Shown piece by piece: positions 61,487 to 64,000 of a DNA stretch of 64,000 bases. A program made the position numbers and the translations under genes. The DNA comes from the human T2T-CHM13v2.0 reference genome, Homo sapiens. Within the stretch, counting starts at the first letter, position 1. Each line of letters begins with the position of its first letter. The notes beneath the pieces are model-generated. The model was not told where the DNA came from. It worked only from the letters and a program-made list of their open reading frames with translations, and searched no databases. The stretch lies in NCBI RefSeq assembly GCF_009914755.1, contig NC_060927.1; one strand, given 5' to 3'.

Positions 61487-64000
61487 CACTGCTTATTTGA
61501 TTGCTCAAAAGGTTCTGGCTTTGGCCATTGTGAGCTCTTTCAGTTAGTGCCTGTGTCCCTCTAACATACCTCTATATTGTGATTTTGGTGAATTCTTCCT
61601 TATCTAACCTTACAAGATACTCTATACTCATTGCCGGACCCACTCCTGGAATTAATTATTTAGTAAGGAACCCAGGCTCCGTTTATTAGAGAATTATATT
61701 AGAAACCAGTATCTCAGAGCTGGATGTGCTGCTACTACTGCACTGTCCTTGCCTCTAGGCCTCTCACTTAACAGAGTTAAGATGATATATCTCTGTATGA
61801 TGTATATAATTTTGTAATGTTTGTATATACTCATATCTATAAATATTTCTATATTAAGCTAAACGTGTTCATACTGATGTTTTCAACTCTAATACATTAC
61901 CATATGAATTATTATTTTCTTTTTGTTTGTCTAACACCTCACATTTCAACAATGAGAAGCTTTCCTTCTACCATCTGTTATCACTTTACTTTGTTGTTCA
62001 ATTCCACCATATATGTACTGTGGTTTCAGAATTGTTAAGCAATACTCCCATGGGGAACAATTTCCCAACTCGAACCCAGTACTTATATAAATTTCCTTTG
62101 GCACACAGTCTTAAATTCTCAGCTTATTTACAAAGTTACTTAGAATAAAAACATTTCCTTCTCTCCCTTCAATAAATTTACTTCATGCATTTGTAATATA
62201 TTTAGGTTTAATCATCACAGATTGCATGTTACCCTGGGATTCCTGGACTTCCTAATGATATTTTAAAATTTGCATTTGTTAAACTTCACTCTTTATGCTG
62301 TAATTTGTTAAGGTTCTATGCAAATATCCATTTGCATTTTGACAAATCCCAGGTGTTATGTATTCACCATTACAAGAGCATACAAAATAATTTCACCAGC
62401 TAAAAATCCCCTGTGCCACATATATTCAACCTTCACCTTTTCCATATCACTGATCTATTTAAGGTCTCTACAGTTTTGCCTTACAGAAATTCATATAAAT
62501 AAAATTGTTAACTCCATAGCCTTTTCAGACTGGTCTTTTTCACTTATAAATAAGAATTTAAATTTTGTTCATGTTTTTACATGGCTTGATAGCTCATTTC
62601 TTTTTATTGCTGAATAGTATTTCATTGCATGGATGTACCATAGGTACATTACCCATTCACCAAATGAAGAATATCTTGGTTGTTTCCAGTGTTTATACAT
62701 TATAATAAAGATAATGTAAATATTCACATGCAGGTTTTGTGTGGATATAAGAGTTCAAATAATTTTTATTAAATAATTAACTTATATCTGTATTTATTAT
62801 TATATCATTAGAAGCACAATTGCTGCATCATATAGTAACACTATATTTAACTTTGTCAGAAACTGCGAAATTGTCTTTCAAAGTGGCTGTACCATTACTT
62901 TGCATTCCCACCAGAAATAAATGAGAGTTCATGTTGCTATGCATCCCTTCTGGTAGCAGGCATTGACAAATTTACTTTTTTTAATTTTTAGATTTTAGTC
63001 ATTCTAATGGATATCTCAGTTTTGTATTCATTTACATTTCTCTAATGACAAATGCTATTGAACACATTTTCATATGCTTTTTGCCATGAGTGTATCATCT
63101 TTGGTGATGTGTCTGTTAAGACTTCGCCATTTTTTATTTTGGTTTTTGTTTATCTGTTTTGAAGTATAAGAGCAATTTTTATATGCTGGACGTAAGTCCT
63201 TTATACAAATGTGATTTGCAAATACTGTATCACTGGCGAGGAAAAATATTTTCATTCTCTTATATTTTTCATAGAGCAAATTTTTTGATTTTAATAAAGT
63301 ACTACTTATTTTTGGTGTATATTTGACCTTTTGATATTGTATCTAAAACTCATCGCCAAACCCATGATTGCACAGATTTTCTTTTATAATTTGTTCTAGA
63401 AGGTTTATAGTTTTATACCTTACATTTCAATCTGTGATACTTTTAGGTAAGGTGTAAAGTCTATGTCTAGATGCATTGTTTGTATACAGAAATCCAAATT
63501 TTTCAGCCACATTGGGTGAAAAGACTATCATTTATCCATTGATTTACTATTGTACCGTTATCAAATATCAGTTGAATATGCCCCTATGGGTAAAGTCCTG
63601 GACTTTATATTCTCCATTGATCTACGTGTCTATTCTGTAATCAATTTCATGATGTCTTAATTACTATAGTATTAGACTATTTGTCAAAATTGGATCTTCT
63701 GAGTCTTCCAACTTCATTTCTCTTTTTCAGCATCTTGTTGGCTTTTCTTCGTGTTTTCTTTTTCTTATTTATTTTAGATTCAATTCTTTAATATCTTCAA
63801 AATATGTTGTTGGGATTTTAATTATAATTGTACTGAATCTATAGATCAAGTGACAAAGAATGAACAGCCAAAATACTGAGTCTTTCCATACATGAATATG
63901 TATATTTCTTTATTTAGTTCTTATTTATTACTTTCATAAATGTTTTGTTGTTTGTCATAGGCATATTCTGTACATATTTCTTAGATCTATATCTACATAC
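60641..64000 (-). mobile_element. L1MC/L1MD long 3'UTR and ORF2 3' part; runs off window edge
   Basis: Second 3' end (ttttggaatacttttagatttacaaaaa); ORF2-end motifs (gatagctcatttctttttattgctgaatagtat, ccaaagtggctgtacca-like, cattcccaccag). Confidence 0.8.
61434..61484. repeat. (AAT)n microsatellite
   Basis: About 16 AAT units with one interruption. Confidence 0.95.

Noticed and set aside
59770-61570. Similarity between 59770-60640 and 60641-61570 as a local tandem duplication
   Set aside because: Better explained as two related L1MC-type 3' ends; they are too diverged and the homology is limited to L1 sequence

Overview
Primate, almost certainly human, AT-rich genomic DNA. It looks intergenic or deep-intronic and is made largely of transposable-element relics. 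I found no host protein-coding exon, RNA gene or CRISPR array. The main feature is a ~6.0-kb full-length L1HS of the pre-Ta type (37742-43762; ACG and G 3'UTR diagnostics). Its ORF1 and antisense ORF0 are intact, but ORF2 is broken by a 1-nt deletion plus a CpG-derived stop. It is inserted into the env region of a MER57-like ERV1 remnant that also carries a MADE1 hairpin. Other elements: two 5'-inverted (twin-primed) L1PA7/8 insertions, an internally deleted L1MA with a tandemly repeated 5'UTR, a near-full-length Tigger2, THE1D and MLT1A solo LTRs, a two-LTR MLT1 provirus, nine Alus (one very young AluYc1-like), MER53, and MIR/L2/L1M fragments. The structures least explained by known repeats are two short non-tandem local duplications (33497/34933 and 50049/54531). 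I see no evidence for a genuinely new biological system. Subfamily names were assigned by eye from remembered consensus sequences and need RepeatMasker/Dfam confirmation.
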